A stretch of DNA of 60,019 nt, filler included, from Theionarchaea archaeon (GTDB taxonomy: Archaea; Methanobacteriota_B; Thermococci; Methanofastidiosales; SZ-28-30), in the NCBI GenBank assembly GCA_018992565.1. It is 4 parts of 4 records of this genome, joined end to end, with 100 filler letters (N's around TTAATTAATTAA, not from the genome) between each part and the next. Parts side by side here need not be neighbours in the genome. Positions count along the whole stretch, not along the records: positions 1 to 25,006 come from JACVGW010000035.1; positions 25,107 to 50,018 come from JACVGW010000036.1; 2 more parts are not named here. One strand, given 5' to 3'. A program made the position numbers and the translations under genes. Positions 20,313 to 30,693 of this stretch are shown here, piece by piece (within the stretch, counting starts at the first letter, position 1; every line of letters starts with the position of its first letter). Under the pieces are notes generated by a model. That model made no database searches. It was not told the DNA's origin and saw nothing but the letters and a program-made list of their open reading frames with translations.

Positions 20313-20482
20313 GTTTTTTTCTCGTATTTAGAGCACTTCATCCATACCGAAAAATAGTCACATCCCCAGCAGTCACCAGACACCCGTACTTCTGTAGAAC
20401 CATCAGAATATGTGATCTCCTTGATGACAGCACCATCCCTCTCTGTGCACGGTCGCTCCGTGACCTCAACCACCTGGCGCAT
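20303..20482 (-). CDS. Unannotated 59-aa protein with four cysteines
   Basis: Hand translation MRQVVEVTERPCTERDGAVIKEITYSDGSTEVRVSGDCWGCDYFSVWMKCSKYEKKTYE; below the ORF-track size cutoff; fills the gap after mobB. Confidence 0.55.
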   Translation of the reverse strand: MRQVVEVTERPCTERDGAVIKEITYSDGSTEVRVSGDCWGCDYFSVWMKCSKYEKKTYE

Positions 20483-20568
20483 GCAGGTTCTATACCCTCT
20501 GTTCCTTAAGACAGTACCGATTCACAGTTAGAAAGCTGCGGTGTGTACGCACAGTCAATGTCTTCTCA

Positions 20569-20844
20569 CTACCTGTGGTCACTAATAGCGTGTCTCATAG
20601 TCCTGCCTGAGGCGACAAAGAAGGTAAAGAACAGCCCAAACCCTAGCACGAGATAGTAGAGTGTCCACGTATCACTTCCGGTGAAGTGCTCATGAACTGC
20701 CAGGGTAGTATATATCACCAGAAAGGCAACTGCCAATCCTGCATAGATTCGCGCGGACGTGTGGTCCATCAATCGTCGAATTTCATCTGCCATAGCCAAA
20801 AGTACACCAGGGTGCATTAAAGCCTTTTCATAGGAGGATGTCAT
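20569..20844 (-). CDS. Small two-TM membrane protein
   Basis: Two hydrophobic helices; ATGA overlap with the upstream ORF (start uncertain). Confidence 0.6.
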   Translation of the reverse strand: MTSSYEKALMHPGVLLAMADEIRRLMDHTSARIYAGLAVAFLVIYTTLAVHEHFTGSDTWTLYYLVLGFGLFFTFFVASGRTMRHAISDHR

Positions 20845-21995
20845 GCCACATGCTTCACCAAGTCCTGGATGTAATCAGGCGCACTCTCTTTGACCTGTGT
20901 CAGCTTCTTTTGATCAGCCAGAAAGGCTCCCAAAGCAATAGCACTCTTCTCCCTCCTGAGAGTCCTGCGCATGTTAAACATGCGGATCATTCCCAGACTT
21001 GCAACCAGCCCTTGCTTGTCAATTGAGGTGTCACATTGAGAAATAGCCTCCAGCCCTTCCAAAAAGACCAGATCTCCTAGAGAGAGGATGTCCCAGAAAA
21101 TACCTGCTTTTTCCAGGTTGTTCACAATAGCCTCAGTCTTCTCAGAGACAATGTCTTCTTCAGACAGTAACCCCTGTTCCATTCCCAGGATAATTGCAGA
21201 ATTCACAGAATTAGTTCGGATGTCTTCTCTGATGTCCTGGATATCGTCATAGAGCAGATATGACTTGAAGATATAGTCATTCCCTTTTTTCAATGAAGGA
21301 CTGCCGTCCTGGCTCGAAAAGTGCAGATCAACATCAATCCACATGTTCCCAATGCTGCGTTCGCATACCCGGGAGAGATATGTCTCTATAGAAGGGTAGT
21401 CCCCTCTCTTGTGCTGGAGGGAGGCAATCTGTCCTGATACCAGTAATCCAATGTCCCGGGTACATGGAGGGGTACCACACCTGTTCAGCATGATAGCGTA
21501 TACCCAAGAAGCAATCTCGTGCGCAGAACATTCAGCCCGTGTAATATCAGATGTACCATCGGGATCGTACATTCCCCTTGTGAGAGCAGACTCATATGCT
21601 GATAGGGAATGTACTGCCTGGGGGTATGTATGGATCATGTCATTGAGGTTATCCAGGAGTTTTGCACTGGTACTCACTGACGCTTTGGCACATATTGCCT
21701 GAATCAATTGCTCTTCACTGGCAGTATTGTACAAGACTGGGAGAGAAGTAACTGAAGCCATGAATACTCCAATTCGCCAGTATTTCTCCTTGAGCAATCC
21801 ATGCCTCATCAGCGAAGTGCTTCCCATGCAGTGAGGATTCTCTGCCAGTGAATTCATCCTGCCCCCATAAGCGGTCAATGCCCTGTTAATCAAAGGCAAT
21901 GTCCTGCTGAATCTAAGGGAGACATGTTTGTTTGACAGCAGCATCCAGAGGATGCTCATCGTTGTGGAAAGGGCTTTTCCTTCCTCTCGAGCCAT
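20841..21995 (-). CDS. Class I isoprenoid/terpenoid-synthase-fold protein, divergent
   Basis: Two aspartate-rich motifs, LLDNLND and LYDDIQDIREDIRTN, in a helical-looking sequence. Confidence 0.6.
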   Translation of the reverse strand: MAREEGKALSTTMSILWMLLSNKHVSLRFSRTLPLINRALTAYGGRMNSLAENPHCMGSTSLMRHGLLKEKYWRIGVFMASVTSLPVLYNTASEEQLIQAICAKASVSTSAKLLDNLNDMIHTYPQAVHSLSAYESALTRGMYDPDGTSDITRAECSAHEIASWVYAIMLNRCGTPPCTRDIGLLVSGQIASLQHKRGDYPSIETYLSRVCERSIGNMWIDVDLHFSSQDGSPSLKKGNDYIFKSYLLYDDIQDIREDIRTNSVNSAIILGMEQGLLSEEDIVSEKTEAIVNNLEKAGIFWDILSLGDLVFLEGLEAISQCDTSIDKQGLVASLGMIRMFNMRRTLRREKSAIALGAFLADQKKLTQVKESAPDYIQDLVKHVA

Positions 21996-22318
21996 TGTTG
22001 ATACCCTTTCCTTGTCCTATATAAATATGACTGATGGGGAAGTGGGAACATATCATCAAGAATGGGACATCCCGCCTCTAAGAGAGAACCAGCGTTACTG
22101 GTCAAAAGAGAACCAGGGAGTTCATGTGAACCTACCTTTCCACAACAGGAGTAGAGCCGAATTCCTTTTTCCTTCTTATTCTTTTTGTATGTACATCAAT
22201 AGAGGAACTACACCCAAAATTAGTGTCAAAAAGAGGAATTTCTCCATATGGGCCCGATCTCTGAGCACATAACGCAAAGCAGCATAAACATTATATACTG
22301 TTGAGTCATTCTAGAGTC

Positions 22319-23767
22319 ATGAAATACTGGAACCCTGAAATCGAGACCATGGACACAGAAACAATGAAATCAATGCAGGAACGGAAACTACACAACATGG
22401 TCAGACTGGCATATCATCACAGTCCTTTCTACAGAAAGTTGTTTAAAGAGAATGGGCTATCTCCAGCAGACATCCGAACGCTTGATGACCTGACCAAGAT
22501 TCCCCTGACAAAGAAAGAGAATTTGATGGAGCAGCCAAAGGATTTCATTTTACAGCCCACAGAAGTCACCCTGAGGAAAACCCTTCCAACGTCTACCAAG
22601 TTGAGAGCTGCTTTCTATGACAAACTCATGAGCATGCAGAAGGTTACCTCAGAGCTCAAAGAGGAATATAAACCCGTCATGTTTGTGGTATCATCAGGTA
22701 GGGCATCCGGTATGCCTACTCCCGTCTTCTACACCAAGAAGGATTCGGAGATTCTTTCAGAGTGTGGAGCACGAATTGGGACTACTATTGGAGGCACTGA
22801 AGATTCTATTTTCCATATTGCTTTCCCTGCTGGACTACACATGGCGTTCTGGCAGTGTGTGGCAGCCTCTGATACAATTGGTGCCTTGTCTATCCGGTTT
22901 GGAGCCGGAATGACTGACAAGCAAGTTTTGATTATTGATAAGTTTGGTGTCACCGACATGGTAGGAGTCCCAACGTATACCAAGCATCTATCAGAAGCAG
23001 CAGTCCGTATGAAGGAAGAGGGCCATGATGTCTCATTTTCCAACCTAAAGAATGTGTTGTGTGCGGGCGAACGATTTCCAGAAGGCATGAAGAAGCGAAT
23101 ACTGGAGAATCTTGAAGCAGTGGGCGCTGATTGCCGCGTGCTGGAAGGGTATGGATCCTCCGAATGTAAGACCAGTTTTGTTGAATGTGCTCCAGGAAGT
23201 GGGTTCCATCTCCATCCCGATGTGCACATTTGGGAAATTCTGGATGAGAAGACACTGGAACCTGTCGGTGAAGGGGAGAGGGGGGTTCTGGCTTTTACCC
23301 ATATTGATTTCAGAGGTACAGTGTTCTTGCGATTTCTCACTCATGATGTGGCGGAACGAGGAATTGTCTATGAGAAATGTGAATGTGGAAGGACATCTCC
23401 CCGGATCATGAGTCCTATTGGGAGAATGCATGAGTATTCTACAAAGATCAACATTGCAAGGGTGAAGGGAACCAACCTTGACTTGAATGCAGTGGACGAT
23501 CTCCTCTCAGAAATCCCGGGACTCGAGGCATATCAGGCCATCATTACTAAGACTGATCCAAAGGATCCATATTCACTGGATGAGGTCATCATCAAAGCAG
23601 GCATAGAAAAAGGGAAGGAATCCGACATTGAGAAACTTATCATCTCCCGGATCAAGAACAGCTTTGAGATCACACCCTCCATCATGAGCATAGACACTCT
23701 GACTCTAGAAGACGAACTTGTGGAAAAGTGGAAAGCAGTGCGGGTGGTAGACCTGCGAGGAGTTTGA
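22319..23767 (+). CDS. Phenylacetate-CoA ligase / F390-synthetase family adenylate-forming enzyme
   Basis: YWNPEIETM, SPFYRK, IPLTKK, SSGRASG P-loop, GYGSSE and CECGRT motifs. Confidence 0.85.
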   Translation: MKYWNPEIETMDTETMKSMQERKLHNMVRLAYHHSPFYRKLFKENGLSPADIRTLDDLTKIPLTKKENLMEQPKDFILQPTEVTLRKTLPTSTKLRAAFYDKLMSMQKVTSELKEEYKPVMFVVSSGRASGMPTPVFYTKKDSEILSECGARIGTTIGGTEDSIFHIAFPAGLHMAFWQCVAASDTIGALSIRFGAGMTDKQVLIIDKFGVTDMVGVPTYTKHLSEAAVRMKEEGHDVSFSNLKNVLCAGERFPEGMKKRILENLEAVGADCRVLEGYGSSECKTSFVECAPGSGFHLHPDVHIWEILDEKTLEPVGEGERGVLAFTHIDFRGTVFLRFLTHDVAERGIVYEKCECGRTSPRIMSPIGRMHEYSTKINIARVKGTNLDLNAVDDLLSEIPGLEAYQAIITKTDPKDPYSLDEVIIKAGIEKGKESDIEKLIISRIKNSFEITPSIMSIDTLTLEDELVEKWKAVRVVDLRGV

Positions 23768-23988
23768 ACTAGCAGCAAAGACCATTCTGACCCAATCAAG
23801 TCGTAGAGTCTGTGAACAGCCCACGAGAAAAGCGCGCAAGTATTGTGAATTTTCAGGTATGTCTCCTCTTGTCGGTATAATAGAAACGAGTTGTAGACTA
23901 TTCATTCTCTCAGGGGGAAACCTGAATGTCATGAAAGAGTCTGAGTGTCCCTGGGAAAGATCGGAAGAGGAGTATGGATACAGGACAT

Positions 23989-24801
23989 TCATCGGGAAGT
24001 GTGGGCTATAATGACTTTGACTGCTTCAAGAGTGCTGTTGACAGAGAAAGAATCGCCATCTTCAGAAGCGAACCTTCCATCTTTTTCTTGCCGGGTGAGG
24101 AGTTCTGTGAATGCTCTCCTGACGAAAGGGATACTCGAGGGAATACCAGCCAGGGAAAAACACCACAGCATCCAGCTTATTTGGGAGGCTTCCCATTGTC
24201 TTGGTGCACGTTCATCCAAGCAGGACAAGGCTCTCCTGACAGGGTTCACTTTCCAGTCCTTCTCCATGGCCAGTACTGAGGCACCGATCCAGGTCGTGTG
24301 TAAGAACCCAGGGAATCTGCCAGATTCGTCCTGAGAAGATTTGAGAAAGGTGCATGCCCTCATGAAAGGTTCTTCTTTCAGCCCCCCGACTCCCAGCCAG
24401 AATGCAGAATTGGCAGTTGTGAAGGCGATGGCATACTCACTGTGGGGAAGTGCCCATGGAGGAGGCCCATAGGACATGATTTCATCCTTCTCGTCCCACG
24501 TACCATCTGGGCTCTGCATGGACAGTATGAATCGGAATGCTTTTCTTCCTGCCTCTGAATCCAGAAGCGCCAGATCGTGGAGCCACACAAGCACGAATTC
24601 TGTTGTATTGAGGGTGGATGCCTTGCCAGGCTCCATGTTGTACGGGAAGCCGCCATCGTCGTTCTGCAAGGCCCCGATAGCCTCCAGAACATGGGGTGGA
24701 TTCCGCTTGAGGATACTATCCAGCCTTGCTGTCTCAATGCGTGTCCCATTGCTGTATATGAAGTCTATCGCTTTTTCCAAACACGTGGCAGCTGTGTTCA
24801 T
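23989..24801 (-). CDS. Prenyltransferase/squalene-cyclase (QW) repeat protein
   Basis: Repeats QNDDGGF, QSPDGTW, QDESGRF and QEKDGRF. Confidence 0.8.
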   Translation of the reverse strand: MNTAATCLEKAIDFIYSNGTRIETARLDSILKRNPPHVLEAIGALQNDDGGFPYNMEPGKASTLNTTEFVLVWLHDLALLDSEAGRKAFRFILSMQSPDGTWDEKDEIMSYGPPPWALPHSEYAIAFTTANSAFWLGVGGLKEEPFMRACTFLKSSQDESGRFPGFLHTTWIGASVLAMEKDWKVNPVRRALSCLDERAPRQWEASQISWMLWCFSLAGIPSSIPFVRRAFTELLTRQEKDGRFASEDGDSFSVNSTLEAVKVIIAHTSR

Positions 24802-24975
24802 GTTACCACTGTAAATGACTATCTTCACGTTATATAAGCATGTGCACGACCCCCTTCTTCTGGTGCGGGTTCCTTTTCTCAACGGGAGAACTATCAGTGA
24901 GAGAGTTCGTCTTTACCACTATCTTTAAATAAGACAAGGTAGTTACCTACATAACTCAAGAAAAGGTGTATTGAA

Positions 24976-25006
24976 ATGAGAATACTGGCTATACACTCGG
25001 ATTTTG
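24976..25006 (+). CDS. thrS: Probable 5' end of archaeal threonyl-tRNA synthetase (or its editing domain), truncated at contig end
   Basis: ATG after AGGTG reads MRILAIHSDF, matching the archaeal ThrRS N-terminus MRxLxIHSD; only 10 codons are visible. Confidence 0.55.
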
Positions 25007-25106
25007 NNNNNNNNNNNNNNNNNNNNNNNNNNNNNNNNNNNNNNNNNNNNTTAATTAATTAANNNNNNNNNNNNNNNNNNNNNNNNNNNNNNNNNNNNNN
25101 NNNNNN
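25007..25106. other. Artificial contig linker
   Basis: N-run + TTAATTAATTAA (stops in all six frames) + N-run. Confidence 0.97.
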
Positions 25107-25756
25107 AAAAACTCATACAAAGGCAGACAGGGACATCTCAGTTTGAAAAAGGAGGTTTTTTTTCTCTTTTGGTCATGGATAAATGAATATGCTCCAAATT
25201 CTTCTTGCAAGATACTTTTTGCATCATCTATGACCTTTTTGTCACGACTGAAGATAACAACTTCTGAAATTTTGTTCTTCTTATTGAAGTAAATATGCCC
25301 GGAACACGTTATGTACCCCAGCAATCTCGCCAACTTATAGGTCATTTCCTGGGGAAATCGTATCCTGTTCATGGTGAGCGTGTGCTCTAAATGGTTCCCG
25401 CCTGTAATATGATATCTGGGGACCCCTGGAACGCAGAGATCACTGTGTGCCTGTTCTGCAGGAATAGTCTGGATCTTCCCCCGGTCATATACGAAGATGG
25501 GATGTTCTGGGGTGACCGTGATTTCCCTTCCATTTGAGTAGCGTATTCTGACAAATCGATCTGGAGCTCTGTGCCTGCTCACTTTCTCTACCGGTATAGC
25601 CCCTTTCATTGAAACCAGCTCATATCCAGATACAGGCAGGATCTGACAGTCTATTCCCCTGACTGGCTCCTGGGTTTCCATGAATGAATCCACAAATTCC
25701 CCGATTTTGACCTTCTTTCCAGTTGATAGTATGAGTTCAGTTTCAGGGTGGTATGA
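25107..25756 (-). mobile_element. Intein in MCM with a LAGLIDADG-like homing endonuclease, truncated
   Basis: MCM homology breaks after EALEQQ; block A SYHPETELIL, block B ITVTPEHPIF, endonuclease-like LARLLGYITCSGH. Confidence 0.9.
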
Positions 25757-26989
25757 TTGTTGTTCCAGTGCTTCATGAATGGCTGATCTGTCATCAGTGG
25801 ACATCTTATCCAGTTCGTCAATTGCACACAGCCCTCCATCTGCCAGTACCAGGGCACCTGCCTCCAGAGCCCAGCCCCCTGTCAACTCGTCTCTCACCAC
25901 AGCAGCTGTCAATCCCACTCCAGATACACCCTTTCCAGAAGTATACACCCCTCGAGGGGCCAATCGTGCTACATACTGGAGGATTTGACTCTTTGCAGTC
26001 CCCGGATCTCCCACAAGCAGTATGTTGGAGTCTCCTCGAAGCCGCGTCCCATCTGAGAGCACTCTGAACACGCCCGAAAACAGCTGGAGAGCAATCGCTT
26101 CCTTCACATCTTCATGACCATAGATGGCAGGAGCTATAGAAGACACGATTTTCTCACAGATGAAGGGTTCTGAACCCAGCCTTCTGATTTCTTCTTCATC
26201 TTCTTTGGAAATTTCAATTTCCTCCACCACTTTCTCCCGCATTTCCACATGGTTGACTTCAGCATATATATGAAATGTTGTTTTCAGCCCCCGTGATGCT
26301 GTTTCCTGCTGGGTCTTGAGAATTCCTACAATGTTTACCCTGTTTCCTGCCTGTGCCCGATCTACAATGTCGTCCCGTATGATGCAATCCACTGATCGAG
26401 GCATCTTACCCCCTCGCAGTCTCTCAGGCCGTTCCTGGACTTTTACTGACTGCCAGTCCACAAATTTTGACTGATTTTCAATGAGTTTGAAGGGACCCTG
26501 CCTTCCACACGCTGGGTTGGTGCACATGGTAGGCTTCTGGAAGATGTGGGAATCCTGTTCTACAATCAGGAGCTGACCGCACCTCTGGCATTCGAATACT
26601 GCCTCAACAATTTCTGGCTTCACCTCGGATATTCGCCTTACTACCCCCTCAATCTGCACCAGTTTGTTAATATGTTCAGAACGCAGATCACGGATTTCAA
26701 CTCTGGCAGGTGTGACATTATAGAACCGCACATGTAAATCGATTCTCTGCTCAGGGCGGTACAGTGTTTCAAGAGCAGCGTCACATGCAGGGAATGCAAA
26801 CATGGGTTCATCAATCACCAGCTGGGCAAGTTCATAATCATGATCCAGCAGGTGCTCAAAATCCACACTCAATGATCTCAAATAGTTGACTCTGCACCTG
26901 TTGATCTCCTGCATGTAAACTGGATTGTCCATGGAGGGAAATGTCTCCAGAAAGTCCCTGAATCTATTCATTGCTTCTTCGAATTCCAT
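25107..26989 (-). CDS. mcm: Replicative MCM helicase, intein-containing, 3'-truncated at contig end
   Basis: CQRC/CTNPAC zinc finger, IAPAIYG, Walker A GDPGTAKS, GLTAAV, Walker B IDELDKM, HEALEQQ. Confidence 0.96.
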
Positions 26990-27384
26990 GGTCGTATCAT
27001 CTCTCTCCCTTCTGCTGCACTCCAAATGATTCCAACTGCAGCTGCTGCGGGATTGGTCACAGCGTACTGAAATCTGCTACTGTACTAGAGGCTATGTGTC
27101 CGGTGTAGTGAAATCACTGATTGGGGGAGGGTATAAAAGCTTACTTGTTACATCTGTGTAATGGTCGTGATGGTTCTGTAAGAGCTGAACTCAGATTATC
27201 TGGGTTGTTCCCCTCTGAAATTGATCACCCCATTTTCGATACACCTTCATACAGCATCAACCTCCACCTTATTCAATCCACCGCTTATGTGGAGGATACT
27301 GGATTGCACAGTATATGAGCTTCATGGTGTTCTTAAGAGCTAGCCGCCAGCACCGGAAAAGTAATCATCAACTGCACTCCTTCA

Positions 27385-27828
27385 TCAGTCCTGGTGAAGT
27401 ACTTTTCGTACAACATCTTTTTTCCAGGTTGCAACGAGCTCTGTAATCTGTGTGTACAGAACCTGCTCCTCGTCAGGGAGCTCGAGATCTACTGGATGAC
27501 AGGACATCTTTGCTATTTTTTCAAGTCTGACGTCCAGTAACTGAAGAAACGCTTTCTGGGCTTCCCTGTCCTGGGAGAATTCCATTCTATCATAAAAGTC
27601 GTCGGGGATTTCGGCCAGCTTGGGTCCCCTCTCCTTCATGAGCATGGCTTTGATTTCGCTGGATTTCAGAGGGACACATTCTACATCAAGCATGGGGACT
27701 AACCACTTAGGCAGTTCAATAAGCTCGCCTTCTTTTAATGTGTATTCTTCCCCATTCATTTCTACGGTCTGCTCCCTTCTTGGTATTACTGGGATCTTAG
27801 TTGAGTGCATCAGTATATCTTTGTCCAC
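27385..27828 (-). CDS. GINS complex subunit (Gins23/Psf2-like)
   Basis: ELPKWL, LAEIPDDFY, RLEKIAKM and LPDEEQVLY patterns; directly upstream of mcm. Confidence 0.75.
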   Translation of the reverse strand: MDKDILMHSTKIPVIPRREQTVEMNGEEYTLKEGELIELPKWLVPMLDVECVPLKSSEIKAMLMKERGPKLAEIPDDFYDRMEFSQDREAQKAFLQLLDVRLEKIAKMSCHPVDLELPDEEQVLYTQITELVATWKKDVVRKVLHQD

Positions 27829-28078
27829 ACTTTAAAAAGGTTAGACTTCCTCCTGAATTCTCAGGCCGGGGAGGGATGTCCCTCATGACTTTGATATCCT
27901 CGAAAACATATGACGCACTATTGGAGTATAGAAATGAGAGGGCTCTTCCATAGACTCATCTAGTGGAGCCCTTCTGCAAACCACAGGCCTCTATCCCTAC
28001 CTGTATGAATCATCAACCCGCACACCTTCTGACCGTACGCAATGAAAAACCTTATTACTCCCTGCAAAAAGTAGGAGC

Positions 28079-29620
28079 ATGGACCCTGTAGAGCAATTGC
28101 GAGAAAAGGCAAAGCAGGCAACCCTTGGCGGTGGAAAAGAGGGGATTCAGAAGCAGCACGAAAAAGGAAAGCTCACTGCTCGGGAGAGAATAGAGGCCCT
28201 GCTTGATGCTGATAGATTTGTGGAACTCGATCGATTTGTCGTTCATCAATGTCATGATTTTGGCATGGACCAGAGGAAAGTACTGGGAGATGGAGTAGTC
28301 ACGGGATATGGCACTATTGACGGTCGCCTCGTCTATGTATTTGCTCAGGATTTCACCGTATTTGGAGGATCTCTGGGCGAAATGTACGCCCAAAAGATCT
28401 GTAAAATAATGGATCTGGCCATGAGGACAGGGGCTCCTGTTATCGGACTGAATGACTCTGGAGGGGCTCGCATTCAGGAAGGCGTTACGAGTCTCGGAGG
28501 GTACGCAGAGATTTTCTGGAGGAATGTCATGGCCTCAGGTGTTATCCCCCAGATTTCAGCAGTTCTGGGCCCCTGTGCAGGAGGAGCAGTGTACTCACCT
28601 GCCATGACTGACTTCATTATCATGGTAGATGACATCTCTCATATGTTTATCACCGGACCTGAAGTAATAAAGACAGTGACAAAGGAGGAAGTGACCTTTG
28701 AAGAACTGGGAGGTTCCCGTACTCACGCTACCAAGAGCGGAGTGGCTCATTTTGCCTGTGTGGATGAACAGGAGTGTTTCACGACCATTAGACGGTTAAT
28801 GAGGTTCATCCCCCAGAACAACATGGAAGATCCGCCCGTCATAAGATCAGATGATGATCCCAACAGACAAGACGTGGAATTGGCCTCCATTGTTCCTGAT
28901 TCTCCAGAGAAACCCTACGACATCAAGGATGTCATTGTGCGTGTGGTAGATAACAGCGACTTCGTGGAGATTCACCGGGACTATGCTCAAAATATCGTGG
29001 TGGGATTTGCTCACCTTGATGGGAGACCAGTGGGTATTGTGGCCAACCAGCCCAGTGTACTGGCGGGTGTTCTGGACATTGCAGCCTCAATGAAAGGAGC
29101 CCGGTTTGTACGGTTCTGTGATGCTTTCAACATTCCACTGGTGACTTTTGTTGATGTTCCTGGGTTCCTTCCAGGAACGGATCAAGAGTGGGGAGGAATC
29201 ATTTCGCACGGCGCAAAGTTGCTGTACGCTTTCTGCGAGGCAACAGTACCAAAGTTGACAGTGATTACCAGGAAAGCATACGGTGGAGCCTATGATGTGA
29301 TGAATTCAAAGCACGTGAGGGCAGATTTCAATGTCGCCTGGCCCCAGGCTGAAATTGCCGTGATGGGCCCCCAGGGTGCTGTCAATATTATATTCAGGAA
29401 AGATGTGCAGAAGGCAGATGATCCTCAGAAAAAAGTAGATACTCTGGTAAGGGAGTACAGGGAGAAATTTGCAAACCCCTACGTTGCAGCTGAGAAAGGG
29501 TACATTGATGATGTCATTGAGCCCCAGGAGACTCGACCCAAGTTGATCAGTGCACTCCAGATGCTGCAGAACAAGAGACAGACTCTCCCTCCCAAGAAAC
29601 ATGGGAATATACCTCTGTAG
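28079..29620 (+). CDS. Acyl-CoA carboxyltransferase (methylmalonyl-CoA decarboxylase alpha / propionyl-CoA carboxylase beta)
   Basis: [39 protein letters not shown] and KKHGNIPL motifs. Confidence 0.95.
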   Translation: MDPVEQLREKAKQATLGGGKEGIQKQHEKGKLTARERIEALLDADRFVELDRFVVHQCHDFGMDQRKVLGDGVVTGYGTIDGRLVYVFAQDFTVFGGSLGEMYAQKICKIMDLAMRTGAPVIGLNDSGGARIQEGVTSLGGYAEIFWRNVMASGVIPQISAVLGPCAGGAVYSPAMTDFIIMVDDISHMFITGPEVIKTVTKEEVTFEELGGSRTHATKSGVAHFACVDEQECFTTIRRLMRFIPQNNMEDPPVIRSDDDPNRQDVELASIVPDSPEKPYDIKDVIVRVVDNSDFVEIHRDYAQNIVVGFAHLDGRPVGIVANQPSVLAGVLDIAASMKGARFVRFCDAFNIPLVTFVDVPGFLPGTDQEWGGIISHGAKLLYAFCEATVPKLTVITRKAYGGAYDVMNSKHVRADFNVAWPQAEIAVMGPQGAVNIIFRKDVQKADDPQKKVDTLVREYREKFANPYVAAEKGYIDDVIEPQETRPKLISALQMLQNKRQTLPPKKHGNIPL

Positions 29621-29777
29621 AGTATTTGTCCGTGTTCAGAGAGCCCGTACCTCCAAAACCTGTGCTTTTCCTTTCCTTGATTTCAGTTCTTCCTGTATTG
29701 ATAATGCGGTCCACATACTCCGTCGATGCTAACATTAATAAGGGATGTGTGCAATAAGAATCAGGAAGAGGGAGAGG

Positions 29778-30578
29778 ATGAATGTGCTTGCACAGCGAGA
29801 ATTCGAGGACTTGGTCATAGGGTCAGATGAGGTCGGCCGGGTTCTGGGAAAGATCAGGAGGGAGAAACGTACCGGGTATTTAAAGGTTGAATTTCATAAC
29901 CTGCATTTTCTGCTGTTCTTTGAGAACGGTGTTTCTACTTATGGGTTTCGGATGATGGAAGATCAACTTTTTTCCTATTCTTGCCTGCCAGATATGCTGC
30001 CAATGCTGAATGAGGGCCATATGGTTTTTTTCGACACTCATCCTGGTGTCCTGCAGGCCTTGCTGGATAAGAAGTACGGAGAACGGATCTATGGGGATCT
30101 GTACACAAGCTTTACGAATGCGGAGAAGTTTTTTGCGATGTTGAAGCAGAAGACTCTCACAGGATGTGTGGAAATAGATCTACCTTCTGCTCATTGCTTC
30201 ATCCTTCTGGAGAAGGGGGACCCTGTCCAGGTCTTGTGTTCTGAAGGAGAAGAAAAAAAGGGAGAGCCTACGTCGCTGGGATGTGTTCTGAAGAAGATGC
30301 TCACTGAGAATGGGGTGATTAGAGTGTTCGAAAGGAGAAATCCCCCCACTGTGCTGTGCCCAGATCTTGAAGAGGTTTTTGTCTGGTCAGATCCTCGTCG
30401 GCTGAAACTTGAATTTGCATACGGGCAGCTGGGAAAGGAATTTGAAGAGTTGCTGGATCAGGAGATGACTGTATCCCAGATTTTGAATACGCTGCACGTT
30501 GACTTTGAAGAGATAGCTGACATGTACACATACCTATCTGCAAAGGGATATATTGCTTCCAGGAAGGATGTCAGCTAG
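29778..30578 (+). CDS. Hypothetical protein with two DUF4388/PATAN-like repeats and a C-terminal winged helix
   Basis: Repeated TGxxxx.......(F/L)ExG units; C-terminal MTVSQIL...LSAKGYI. Confidence 0.6.
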   Translation: MNVLAQREFEDLVIGSDEVGRVLGKIRREKRTGYLKVEFHNLHFLLFFENGVSTYGFRMMEDQLFSYSCLPDMLPMLNEGHMVFFDTHPGVLQALLDKKYGERIYGDLYTSFTNAEKFFAMLKQKTLTGCVEIDLPSAHCFILLEKGDPVQVLCSEGEEKKGEPTSLGCVLKKMLTENGVIRVFERRNPPTVLCPDLEEVFVWSDPRRLKLEFAYGQLGKEFEELLDQEMTVSQILNTLHVDFEEIADMYTYLSAKGYIASRKDVS

Positions 30579-30693
30579 GAGCCCGTGCCCCTTTGAGGTG
30601 TTCAGCTGACAGATGTGATGACTCATATCTTCAGGATGTACAGAATCAGGAAGAATTCTCACAACGCTCAATGTCTTCATGGTCTGACGTCCA

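Noticed and set aside
25051..25062. TTAATTAATTAA palindrome, repeated at about 50063 and 55132
   Set aside because: It is embedded in N-runs and gives stops in all six frames, so it is an artificial contig spacer. Gene adjacency across it is not biological.
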